A stretch of DNA of 64,000 nucleotides from Trueperaceae bacterium (lineage in GTDB: Bacteria; Deinococcota; Deinococci; Deinococcales; Trueperaceae), in the NCBI GenBank assembly GCA_965214405.1, contig OZ243956.1, positions 3,968,001-4,032,000 of the forward strand. Direction: 5' to 3'. The notes below the pieces were generated by a model. That model did not search any database. It was not told the DNA's origin and saw only the letters and a list, made by a program, of their open reading frames with translations. The position numbers and the translations under genes were made by a program. Below, piece by piece: positions 1 to 8,814 of this stretch (its first letter is position 1; each line of letters starts with the position of its first letter).

Positions 1-342
1 CCCGAAGAGATGCTTACCGCCATCTTAGGCCACGCCGACTACAGCGGGGTCGCGCGCGAGACGCTTCTCGCCAAAACGCTCTACGCCTGCGACGAGGTCA
101 CCGGGCTTATTACCGCCGCGGTGCTCGTGCGGCCCGACAAGGATATCGCCAACCAGAGCGTGAAAAGTCTCAAGAAAAAGTTCAAGGACAAGGCATTTGC
201 CAGAGGCGTGAACCGCGACGACGTGGTGCGCGGGGCTGAGGATTTGGGCGTGGAGCTTTGGGAACACGTAGCGTTCGTGCTGAGCGCGATGCAAGACCGC
301 GCCGAGACGTTGGAGCTCGACGGACACCTTGCTACGGACTGA
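1..342 (+). CDS. HD/HDIG-domain phosphohydrolase-like protein, C-terminal part (truncated by window edge)
   Basis: AILGHA...LYACDEVTGLITAAVLVRP...KKFKDKAFARGVNR is typical of this HD-domain family. Confidence 0.75.
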   Translation, partial: PEEMLTAILGHADYSGVARETLLAKTLYACDEVTGLITAAVLVRPDKDIANQSVKSLKKKFKDKAFARGVNRDDVVRGAEDLGVELWEHVAFVLSAMQDRAETLELDGHLATD

Positions 343-1015
343 GCGTGTCAAAGGCCGGGGGGTCGTCCAAGATTTTCCCGTTCCAGCGCCACTCTCCCCG
401 CCTTTTGAGAGCGAGAGGCCAGACCACCGCGGCGGCGCGACCCGCAATCGCCCCCGTTGGGATGGGGCCAAAGCGCCTCGAGTCCACGCTGCCATAAGGC
501 CCGCGGTTGTCGCCCAGCACGAACACGTGGTTGGGCGGCACCAACACCTCATCGAACGACGCGTTGCCGAGCCAGTGTTCGCCCAAATACGCCTCGTCCA
601 GCCGCTCCCCGTTAACAAAAAGCACGCCCTCGTCCATGCGCACCTCATCCCCCGCCACCGCCACGATGCGCTTGATGAAAAAAGGCCGAATCGTAAGGCC
701 CAACAGCGGCACCTCGATATGCCCCTCCTCCACCTCGGCGGGCGCGCGAAAGTAGACGACGTCGCCGCGCTTGAAACTCCCGAGGCCGAGCCGGTGCAGC
801 CACACTTCATATTTGGGTACAAAGGCGCGCTCGCCGCTTTGCAGGGTGGGCTGCATCGAGTTGCCCGAGATGCCGACGGTCGTCACGAGAAAGGTGATGA
901 TCAAAAAAGCGACGAAGAGCGCCTGCAAGATTGACAAAAATGAACCCCAGCCTCCCGAAGAGGTGGGTTCATCGGTTGGGGGATGGCCTCGAGCCTCATC
1001 TACGTTATCTACCAC
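332..1015 (-). CDS. lepB: Signal peptidase I
   Basis: TM helix, GNSMQPTL (catalytic Ser), FIKRIV (catalytic Lys), GDNR..SVDSRRFG. Confidence 0.93.
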   Translation of the reverse strand: MVDNVDEARGHPPTDEPTSSGGWGSFLSILQALFVAFLIITFLVTTVGISGNSMQPTLQSGERAFVPKYEVWLHRLGLGSFKRGDVVYFRAPAEVEEGHIEVPLLGLTIRPFFIKRIVAVAGDEVRMDEGVLFVNGERLDEAYLGEHWLGNASFDEVLVPPNHVFVLGDNRGPYGSVDSRRFGPIPTGAIAGRAAAVVWPLALKRRGEWRWNGKILDDPPAFDTLSP

Positions 1016-1054
1016 TGTTGTTTAACCGATTCTATCTAAAACGCAAGGCCACAG

Positions 1055-2062
1055 CTAATTTGCTACTGCGGCGGCGAATGCAGGTGCCTGCACGCGCGGT
1101 TCTATTGCAGGTTTAAGCGCGCCTGTAGGTACGGGCGCGGGATTGGCTGCGGGATCAACCGTAGGGTCCGGCGCGGGAATCTGGCTAAAGGCTGCGGGCG
1201 GCGTCAAGCGTCGCCAGTTCCACTCACCGTCGCGTCTCGGCGGCCAGATGACGGCGGTGGCGCGGCCCGCGACGGCGAGCGCGGGCACCGGGCCGAAGTA
1301 GCGCGAGTCCTCGCTCCCGCCCACGCTGCGGTTGTCGCCCATGACGAAGTAGTAACCCTCCGGGACGATGAGGTCTTGGACAAAAGGCACCCCCTCGGGG
1401 GCGTCTTGGGAGATGGGCGCGAGCGCGGCCAGCGTGGACCCGTAGTAGAGTTGAACCTGCGGGTTATCTGCGGACACAGGCTCTAAGCCGTTCCGACTTC
1501 CCTGCGCGGTGCCGGGCACGAGACCCTGGAAGCCGACGACCTCGCCCCCCTCCACCACCACAACAGGAAAATTCACCGGCTCCGGCGTGATTTCGCCCGA
1601 GGCGGTGATAAAGCTCTGGTCGATGGGGTAGCCGTTCACATAAACCTGACCGTTTTCGATGTGCAAGCGGTCGCCGCCGCGCGCAATAAGCCGCTTGATA
1701 AAGAAGTTGCGGCGGTTCCCAAACTGCGCGGTGGGCGAATTCTCGGGCTCGCGCACCACCACGATTTCGCCGCGGCGATAGGGACCCAGCACGCCCAGAC
1801 GCCGGAGCCACGTGTCGTATTTGGGCAGAAACACGCGGTCGCCCGTCAGCAGCGACTGCAAAATGTTGGACGAGCCGACGCCGCCGTCAAGCGTCGGTCG
1901 CATCGACGAGCCCACCACGCCGACGGTGTTGAAAAGAAACGTCACGACGACAAAAGCGATGACGAGCGCTTCGGCGTAGCCGCGTACCTCGGCCCAGAAC
2001 CGTTGGCTGGGCGTCCGTTTGGGTTGCGTTTTTTGGGGAGCCGCTTTGGAGGGTGGTGCCAT
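1055..2062 (-). CDS. lepB: Signal peptidase I, second paralogue with a large insertion
   Basis: GSSMRPTL, FIKRLI, GDNRS..SEDSRYFG; start set at ATG 2062 (MAPPSK), 7 nt after a TACACT -10 box. Confidence 0.92.
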   Translation of the reverse strand: MAPPSKAAPQKTQPKRTPSQRFWAEVRGYAEALVIAFVVVTFLFNTVGVVGSSMRPTLDGGVGSSNILQSLLTGDRVFLPKYDTWLRRLGVLGPYRRGEIVVVREPENSPTAQFGNRRNFFIKRLIARGGDRLHIENGQVYVNGYPIDQSFITASGEITPEPVNFPVVVVEGGEVVGFQGLVPGTAQGSRNGLEPVSADNPQVQLYYGSTLAALAPISQDAPEGVPFVQDLIVPEGYYFVMGDNRSVGGSEDSRYFGPVPALAVAGRATAVIWPPRRDGEWNWRRLTPPAAFSQIPAPDPTVDPAANPAPVPTGALKPAIEPRVQAPAFAAAVAN

Positions 2063-2164
2063 GCCGAACAGTGTACCCCCTCGCCGTCCGCCGCGCGTGG
2101 GCAGAAAGACACCCGTTTCTTTCCCTCTAGTAAACTCGAGCCAAAGACGCGTTACACTTTTCTT

Positions 2165-3391
2165 GTGAACACAGGCAAAGTCGTCAACCGCGCGGGCCTC
2201 GAGCTGCCCCGCACCTGCTACGACACCGCGATCGTCGGCGGCGGCCTGCTCGGTCTCGCCTGCGCCTTTTACCTGCGGCGTTTCGCCCCGGAACGAACGC
2301 TGCTCATTATCGAGGCGGACGGCGTGCCGAGTGAAGAGGGCGCGACGTTTGTTTCGCCCGCGGTCTCGCACCGGGCTTTTGAAGGAGGAGCGCAGCGGCG
2401 CGCGGCGTGGGCCATATCGACCTTGGCGCATTTGGCAGAGGAAACGGGCGTCACGCGTCCTCACGACGTGCCCCTTAGAAATGTTGGCTGGGCGCGCTTT
2501 TCGCAGACACCTCCATCAACCTCCGTGGTGGGGTTGGAGGAGCTCGAGCTAAACACGTTTCTCGGGCTCCTTTCACAAAAAGGTCAGACCGACATCACCC
2601 AACTCCTCAACTTTGAAAAAACAAGTCACGTCCTTTACGACCCCCAAGGCGGCTACGGGGGTGCCGAGGCAGCGGCGCTCCATTTCGGGTTCGGCGCGGT
2701 CGGGTCGGGCGCTGACTTGCTTCTTAACGCGCGCGCGACACTCACCGAGTCAAGGGCGATCAAGCTCGAGCGGCTCGAGTTCGCCCGCGACATGCAGCGC
2801 AAGGTCGTGCGGACGGAAGCTGTTGAAGCCGACACGCTCATCGTCGCGGCGGGGGCGTGGTCGGCGGCGCTTGTTGAAGAGGGTCTGGGTGAGGTCTTGC
2901 GGGTGGGCCGAGTTTACACGCAGTACCCGCGTGTTGAAAAGGACGCGCGGCTAAAGCTTGGGGCGGGCCGGGTGGTGATGCCCGTGTTGGAACACAAAGG
3001 CTTCACCCTCCGGCCCCAGGGCGAGGGCCTATTGGTGGTCCCGCCGCCGCTGTCTCCCGACCCCGCGGGTTACACCCCGACGGGCGGAAATCTCATGGGC
3101 GTACGGACGGGGCTGCGCCGTGAACTTTTAGACACGCTGATGGCGCACGCGGACGACCTGCCGCTGTTGGAGTGGGACACGCTCAACCTCGGTAAAACGG
3201 TCTCTAAGGTGCGGGGCGCCTGGGAGGTGCTGACCGAGAGCGGCGAACCGGAGTGGCGGCGGGTGGGGGAGGCGTACGCGCTGCTCGGCGGGCGTGATGG
3301 CTTTACTCTCGGTTTGGCGGCGGCCTATGACCTCGCGGCTACGCTGGCGGGAGTTGACGCGCGGCCTTGGGATGAAAGGGACGAAGTGTAG
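2165..3391 (+). CDS. FAD-dependent oxidoreductase (DAO/glycine oxidase-like)
   Basis: YDTAIVGGGLLG Rossmann motif, IVAAGAWS; GTG start at 2165 after TACACT. Confidence 0.8.
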   Translation: MNTGKVVNRAGLELPRTCYDTAIVGGGLLGLACAFYLRRFAPERTLLIIEADGVPSEEGATFVSPAVSHRAFEGGAQRRAAWAISTLAHLAEETGVTRPHDVPLRNVGWARFSQTPPSTSVVGLEELELNTFLGLLSQKGQTDITQLLNFEKTSHVLYDPQGGYGGAEAAALHFGFGAVGSGADLLLNARATLTESRAIKLERLEFARDMQRKVVRTEAVEADTLIVAAGAWSAALVEEGLGEVLRVGRVYTQYPRVEKDARLKLGAGRVVMPVLEHKGFTLRPQGEGLLVVPPPLSPDPAGYTPTGGNLMGVRTGLRRELLDTLMAHADDLPLLEWDTLNLGKTVSKVRGAWEVLTESGEPEWRRVGEAYALLGGRDGFTLGLAAAYDLAATLAGVDARPWDERDEV

Positions 3392-5232
3392 ACTCGAGAC
3401 GTTTTCGGCGGCAGCGTCAGTTTTAGCTCGCCCGCCTGGACCGTTACGTCCTCCCCGTCCAGAAACGACGCCAGCGTTTCATCCTTCAAACCAAGCCGCC
3501 ACACGGGCAAGTCCACAGTGCATTCCGCGCCCCGGTTGACCGCTGTGATGACGACCTCCTCGCCCAGAATCCGCCCGAACGCGTACACGTCACCCGCTGC
3601 GTAAAGGGTTTGGATAGCGCCCTCTTGCAGGGCTTGGTGCTCGAGCCGCAGCCGAATGAGTGTGCGGTAATGCGCCAGCAGTTCCCTGTCCCACGCTTCC
3701 TCGTCCCACGGGAAGGTGCGGCGGCAGTCGGGATCGTGAGCACCCTCCACACCCACCTCGTCGCCGTAGTAAACGCAGGGAACGCCGATATAGGTGAATA
3801 GCAGCGTGACGCCCAGCTTCATCAGCGCGCGGTCGCCGCCCACAGCGGTGAGAAAGCGCGCGGTATCGTGCGAGCCCAGCAGGTTGAATTGCGAGAGCTG
3901 GATGGGAAAGGGGAGACGGGCGAGGGCGCGCGTGAACATATACTCCAAATCGCCCGCGTCAACATGAACAGGCTGCTCCCGGTGGTCCAGTCCCGCCAAA
4001 AAAGCGCGGACGGGGAGGCCGAAGCCGTAATAGTTCATCGCCCCGTCCTCCTGGTCGCCCTGAAGCCAAGCCGTCGCCTCGAAAAAATGTTCACCCAGCA
4101 CATAGGCCTGCGGGTTCTCCTCGCGCAACGTCCGGCGGAAGTGACGCACATATTCGGCGTTGTTGCGCGCCCCCGTGCCCTCCCCCAGCATATGAATCAC
4201 GTCAAAGCGCCAGCCGTCGATGCTGTAGGGCGGGCGCAGCCAGCGGCGCAGGATGGCGTCGTCCGCCTCGAACACACGCGCCCGCACCTCCGGATGCGCA
4301 AAGTCGAGCACCGGCAGCGTCCGCACGTCGTACCAGCCCACATAACTTTCAGGGTCGCCCGCGTCCCGAAAGGTGTAAAAGCCGCGCGTCGGCGACGCCT
4401 CACCGCTGTACGCGCCCGCCTCTTGTTCGCCCCTATTTTCACTGTTATTTTCACTATGACGGTCGAACCAGGGATGGCGCTCGGAGGTGTGGTTGACGAC
4501 CGCGTCTAAGACGACACGCATGTCGCGCGCGCGCAACTCATTACAGAGCGCGGCCAGCGCCTCGTCGCCGCCAAAGTGCGGGTCCACATGGTCATAGTCG
4601 GTGGTGTCGTACTTGTGCGAACTCGGCGAGGTGAAGACGGGGTTGAGGTAGAGCGCGGTTACGCCCAAGTCTTGCAAGTACGAGAGCTTTTGGCAGACGC
4701 CCGCTAAGTCGCCCCCGTAGAACTCCCTAGGACCCTGAGACCGCTCCGGCAGCTCGCCCCATGATTTAGCAACGACGGGCTTTCCCTCGTAAAGATACTC
4801 GCCGCTTTGCACGTTGTTCGAGGGGTCGCCGTCAAAAAAACGCTCGGGGAAAATCTGGTAAAAGACGCTCGACCAGACCCAGCGCGCGGGTTCATAGGTC
4901 GTGACGAAGCGAAAATGCACGTCGCGCTCGGGAAAGTAGGGCGTCACACCGCCGCCGCTCAGCCACCACTGCCGCCCATCAACAATGAGTTTGAACGCGT
5001 AGCGCGTCACTTCGGCGCTGGGGTTGAGGCGCAACGGACCCTCCCACACGCTCCAGCGGTCTTCTTGTGAGGCTTGACGCAGCGGGCTCAGGTGCTCCTC
5101 ATTGTCGGGTTCGCTGCGGACCCAAACCGCTTCGGGTTTCGTGTGTTGGGGCACCCGCAATTTTACGATGTAGACGCCGCCTTGGTCCTCGAGGTCACTC
5201 AGGGGCGCGTGAAAGGCAAAAGGTTCATTCAC
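3325..5232 (-). CDS. malZ: Maltodextrin glucosidase, GH13
   Basis: FYQIFPERF, YGGDL, DAVVNH, DGWRFDVIHMLGE, LLGSHDTAR, DPDCRR; GTG start at 5232. Confidence 0.88.
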   Translation of the reverse strand: MNEPFAFHAPLSDLEDQGGVYIVKLRVPQHTKPEAVWVRSEPDNEEHLSPLRQASQEDRWSVWEGPLRLNPSAEVTRYAFKLIVDGRQWWLSGGGVTPYFPERDVHFRFVTTYEPARWVWSSVFYQIFPERFFDGDPSNNVQSGEYLYEGKPVVAKSWGELPERSQGPREFYGGDLAGVCQKLSYLQDLGVTALYLNPVFTSPSSHKYDTTDYDHVDPHFGGDEALAALCNELRARDMRVVLDAVVNHTSERHPWFDRHSENNSENRGEQEAGAYSGEASPTRGFYTFRDAGDPESYVGWYDVRTLPVLDFAHPEVRARVFEADDAILRRWLRPPYSIDGWRFDVIHMLGEGTGARNNAEYVRHFRRTLREENPQAYVLGEHFFEATAWLQGDQEDGAMNYYGFGLPVRAFLAGLDHREQPVHVDAGDLEYMFTRALARLPFPIQLSQFNLLGSHDTARFLTAVGGDRALMKLGVTLLFTYIGVPCVYYGDEVGVEGAHDPDCRRTFPWDEEAWDRELLAHYRTLIRLRLEHQALQEGAIQTLYAAGDVYAFGRILGEEVVITAVNRGAECTVDLPVWRLGLKDETLASFLDGEDVTVQAGELKLTLPPKTSRVYTSSLSSQGRASTPASVAARS

Positions 5233-5307
5233 GCCCCGCAGCTTAACAGAGCCTAACGGGAGCCAGGGACAAAACCCGTCACCATAAATTCGCCTTATAC
5301 TCACCCC

Positions 5308-5895
5308 ATGCCGCCCGAACGTATACCCGCCGACATCCCCGACGTCCTCCACACCGAACGCCTCACCATTCGCGCCCCCGACGTGTCGGACGCAAGAGCC
5401 GTTTATGAAGCGGTGCTCGAGTCCCTCCCCGAACTCCGCCCCTGGATGCCGTGGGCGGGGCCGAACTATTCGCTTGCCAACGCCGAGGAGCATCTGCTCG
5501 AGGCCGTGGCCCTGTTCATGACCCGCAAAGATTTGCGCTACCACTTTTTCGAAAGAGACACGGGAACGTTTGTGGGCTCGAGCGGCCTCCACCGCATCAA
5601 CTGGTCGGTGCCCAAGTTCGAAATCGGTTATTGGTGCCGAAGCTCCAGAGCAGGTCAGGGCTTCGTCACCGAGACGGTGCGGGCGCTTAGCCAACTTGCC
5701 TTTGAAGACTTAGGCGCGGCCCGCGTCGAAATCCGCTGTGACGATAGGAACGTGCGAAGTTATAGGGTAGCGGAGCGTTGCGACTTTGAACTCGAGGGCG
5801 TCCTGAAAAATGAGGCTCGAGCCCCCGACGGGACTTTGCGCAACACGCGGGTTTATGCTCGAGTGCGTTCTACAGAAGGAAATAAACTGGTTTGA
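5308..5895 (+). CDS. GNAT N-acetyltransferase (RimJ/RimL-like)
   Basis: TERLTIR, EIGYW, GQGFVTE, N.RS.RVAER. Confidence 0.88.
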   Translation: MPPERIPADIPDVLHTERLTIRAPDVSDARAVYEAVLESLPELRPWMPWAGPNYSLANAEEHLLEAVALFMTRKDLRYHFFERDTGTFVGSSGLHRINWSVPKFEIGYWCRSSRAGQGFVTETVRALSQLAFEDLGAARVEIRCDDRNVRSYRVAERCDFELEGVLKNEARAPDGTLRNTRVYARVRSTEGNKLV

Positions 5896-5943
5896 GCGAG
5901 ATTAAGTTTATGAGTGACTAGAGCATAGAGTTTAACGATTCTC

Positions 5944-6342
5944 TTACTGCCCTCTAGCAAGCAAGTTCTTTAGTTGATTCTTGTGTGCGAAGCCATAAAG
6001 CTTTTCTAGTGCTGTTGTTCGAAAAGCATCGTTTTTAAGCTCTATTTTTCTAGCCACACCCAAATCCAGGTATTCCTTCTCTTGATCTATTCCTAAGAAT
6101 TTTCGGTTGAGCAGATTAGCGGCGATGCCCGTTGTGCTACTACCCGTAAACGGGTCTAAAATCCACGAGTCTTGTTTGCTCGAGGCAAGAATGAGTCGTA
6201 CAAGAACAGCCAAAGGCTTTTGAGTCGGATGTTTACCACAACTTTTTTCCCATTTTGATACTGCTGGCATCTTCCATACATCCTTCATTTGCCTACCGTC
6301 GTTAAGCTCTTTCATCAGCTCATAGTTGTAGTAATGTGACAT
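5944..6342 (-). pseudogene. 3' half of a DpnA-like (beta-class N6/N4) DNA methyltransferase; catalytic DPPY half missing
   Basis: HYYNYELMKELNDGRQMKDVW...GKHPTQKP...ILDPFTGSSTTG closely resembles the DpnA C-terminus; an in-frame TGA lies two codons upstream of the ATG; no DPPY motif. Confidence 0.82.
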
Positions 6343-6345
6343 TTT

Positions 6346-6684
6346 TCACCCATTAACGAAACTGCCTTCGTAATCCGGGACTATCTGAAAAATATTCCAC
6401 AGCCTCTTGTCGTAAAGTTTTGCGAATTCTTCTGGGCTGACTTCTTGCTCTTCACCATCAGCGATTTCATTAAAAAACGTCTTACCGTCAGAAGTATAGA
6501 TGAAATGCGTTCTAACTTGGTAATACCGCATCCCAAAGGCGGGAAGTTCGAATTCACCATCAGGGTCAGGAGTGCGGATGAATTTCTCTGCAACCTTGTC
6601 AGCTAATACTAGCTCAGCTTCGATGTATGTTCTGGGATTATCTATAGCAAGCTTAACTAACTCATTTGTGTTGAGTAACTTCAT
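6346..6684 (-). CDS. Hypothetical protein, 112 aa, low GC
   Basis: ORF with AAGGA RBS just upstream of the ATG; co-oriented with the DpnI-like gene. Confidence 0.65.
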   Translation of the reverse strand: MKLLNTNELVKLAIDNPRTYIEAELVLADKVAEKFIRTPDPDGEFELPAFGMRYYQVRTHFIYTSDGKTFFNEIADGEEQEVSPEEFAKLYDKRLWNIFQIVPDYEGSFVNG

Positions 6685-6693
6685 GTTTTCCTT

Positions 6694-7779
6694 CTAAGTA
6701 CACGACAAAAGCCGAAAACAGCGGTCCAGGTCAGGCTTTTTGGTTGCCGAGTTGGTGAGCAGATGCCTGAGATGGTCTAAGCCTGCCCGGAATAAAGACT
6801 TCTGCTTGCGCCCGTGCGACTTCATTCGAACAGGTTTGAGCTGACGGTGAACAAATGCTCCGACTTTCAAGGCCCATAAGAAAGCCAGGGTCACAACGAC
6901 AAGTAAGGTGTTAATGCGCTCTAGGTGCTTGAGATGCGTAGCTTCAAAGTCAAAGCCGCTGCTTTTCAAGGCTTTGAACAAGCATTCTATCTGCCAGCGC
7001 TTCGCGTAGCTTGCGAGGGCCTGCTTAGGATTGCGGTTGGTGACGACGATGATGTATTCTCCACCCTCTAAACGCGCGCCTGCAACCCCAAGCTCAACAC
7101 CAAAGACAGTGTAGCGCTGTTTAAGTACCTTGTGCTCACCCACAGGTAGATGCTGGAAAAAGCCGAACAGATGAAACCAGCCATCACCGAGAGCGTCTTT
7201 ACGCACGCGGATAACGAAAGGGATGTGCTTACGCTCAAGATAAGCGAACCAGTCGCCCCCGATGAACTCCCTATCGGCTAGCAGCACCTCTAGCTGGTCT
7301 ACGGGCAAAAGTTTTAGCAAACGCTCCAAAAGCGTAATGCGTTCTTGCGTGGCGGAGTTGCCAGCCTTGGGCAAAAGACACCACAGTAAGGGAACCGCTA
7401 CGCCCTCATGCGCATAAGCCAGGGTCAAGATGTTGATGTCGAGTTTGCCAAACTTCCAGTTCGTCCGGTCTAGGCACAGGCTGTAGCTTCGCTTGGGACC
7501 TAGACTCAGCGCGTACCTGAAAACTGTCTCATCGGCCAAGTGCAAGCCTTGGAAAAACCGTTGCGCCCGTCTGTAAAGCGAGTCCGGCTGGGCTCTGCCC
7601 TCCATCATGCCTACCAACGTCGCCAAGTTCACCGTCTTTGCCTGCACCATCGCGATCATCAACAAGCTCAAGAACTTAAGCCGTGACGGGTGCAGCTTTA
7701 AGCCGCTCGCTTTCAACTGTGCCAGCAACCCGGTATGCTTCATATGCTCTCCCTTGAAGTGGTGTCTCGCAACATCCAT
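6694..7779 (-). CDS. IS4-family DDE transposase
   Basis: LDRTNWKFG, LLADREFIG, YREK motif YAKRWQIECLFKALK; true start possibly ATG 7743. Confidence 0.92.
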   Translation of the reverse strand: MDVARHHFKGEHMKHTGLLAQLKASGLKLHPSRLKFLSLLMIAMVQAKTVNLATLVGMMEGRAQPDSLYRRAQRFFQGLHLADETVFRYALSLGPKRSYSLCLDRTNWKFGKLDINILTLAYAHEGVAVPLLWCLLPKAGNSATQERITLLERLLKLLPVDQLEVLLADREFIGGDWFAYLERKHIPFVIRVRKDALGDGWFHLFGFFQHLPVGEHKVLKQRYTVFGVELGVAGARLEGGEYIIVVTNRNPKQALASYAKRWQIECLFKALKSSGFDFEATHLKHLERINTLLVVVTLAFLWALKVGAFVHRQLKPVRMKSHGRKQKSLFRAGLDHLRHLLTNSATKKPDLDRCFRLLSCT

Positions 7780-7823
7780 TCTTCACTGGAGAGCCCTTTA
7801 TTTCAAATCTGTCGTGTACTGAG
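6694..7823 (-). mobile_element. IS4-family insertion sequence, 1130 bp, copy 1
   Basis: Terminal IRs CTAAGTACACGACA / TGTCGTGTACTGAG; 9-bp TSD GTTTTCCTT at 6685-6693 and 7824-7832. Confidence 0.93.
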
Positions 7824-7854
7824 GTTTTCCTTTCTACTACTGATTTCGGATGCA

Positions 7855-8622
7855 CTACATCTTTAGGTAACGGCCTCGAGAAACAAACCTGATATAGCCC
7901 TTATCGCGCAAAAACTGCAACTGTTGCCTGATTTTGTCTCGCACGAAATTGTTTTCGGGATGAAGTAACCTCAAGTGATGCTCAAATGCGTAGATATCTT
8001 TAAGCTCAAACTCTGCACCGGGTATTTTCTCGAGGCAGTCCAGAATATCCAATAGCCATCCCTTGCTTTGTTGCGTTGCTTGTCTAAGAAAAGCCGTTTT
8101 TTGCCACCTACTCAGAACATCTTGCTTGCTTGCGATGTCTCTGTCTTTAACGTAAAAGATTTTACCGCTTTCAGGGATGCCGTCTATGACTATGTTACAG
8201 CCTTCCCACCCCGCTCTTCTGGCTGTCGGAGGTAACGGTTTTCTCCTCTCAATGATTCTAAGGGTAAAGAAGTGTTTTGGGATGATGACAAAATTTTTTA
8301 CGTCACAACGCTGCATATCATAGTTCAGAAAGAAGAAACTTGGGTTATCGGCTGAAGATATACGCGCTATCATTGACTGATAAGCGCCGTCCACTATCTT
8401 TCTTCCCAGATTTCCCTGCTTGCTCTTCAACTCATACTGCTCCTGGCAGTTACTACAGTAAAAATCTGCAACAGGACGATTGTTGGCAAAATCGTTCAAG
8501 TAATCTTGTCCGCAGTTTGGACAGTACGCATTCGTTTGAACCCACGACTCAGTCAAGACGCGCGCTATCTGGGATTTGCTTTTATAATTTTCTGCTTTTC
8601 GTAAATCCAGCTTTAGTTGCAT
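7855..8622 (-). CDS. DpnI-family (Dam-replacing) methyl-GATC-directed restriction endonuclease
   Basis: YKSKSQIARVLTESWV, YCPNCG, NNRPVADFYC..C, ELKSK, RRAGWEGC and C-terminal winged helix NNFVRDKIRQQLQFLRDKG. Confidence 0.9.
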   Translation of the reverse strand: MQLKLDLRKAENYKSKSQIARVLTESWVQTNAYCPNCGQDYLNDFANNRPVADFYCSNCQEQYELKSKQGNLGRKIVDGAYQSMIARISSADNPSFFFLNYDMQRCDVKNFVIIPKHFFTLRIIERRKPLPPTARRAGWEGCNIVIDGIPESGKIFYVKDRDIASKQDVLSRWQKTAFLRQATQQSKGWLLDILDCLEKIPGAEFELKDIYAFEHHLRLLHPENNFVRDKIRQQLQFLRDKGYIRFVSRGRYLKM

Positions 8623-8633
8623 TAAAGGCAACT

Positions 8634-8753
8634 TTAGAAGTGAAGCAAAGCACTTCGAGCGCAGGGCGTTCTGCGGGAGATATTAGCTAAAAGTTGTGCT
8701 TTCCCACCTGCCCACTTTATAAAGGGCTTAGCTTTTGCAAAAAGACTGAACAT
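8634..8753 (-). pseudogene. 5' stub of a Dam/DpnM-family (alpha-class) GATC methyltransferase
   Basis: Not in the ORF track; manual translation MFSLFAKAKPFIKWAGGKAQLLANISRRTPCARSALLHF* contains the Dam N-terminal PFIKWAGGK.QLL motif and stops after 39 aa. Confidence 0.8.
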
Positions 8754-8814
8754 GCCTTCTAACTTACCACTTTGATTTAGCGGCTGCGCTTTTTACCGAA
8801 TTTTTGCGGACAAA

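Noticed and set aside
5944..6684. Read-through fusion of the 112-aa ORF and methylase half (same frame, one TGA)
   Set aside because: The upstream ORF has no DPPY or methylase-like sequence; more simply a recombination junction
8625..8690. Integron attC site at the DpnI junction
   Set aside because: Only a 6-bp stem; R boxes are not complementary and there is no integrase
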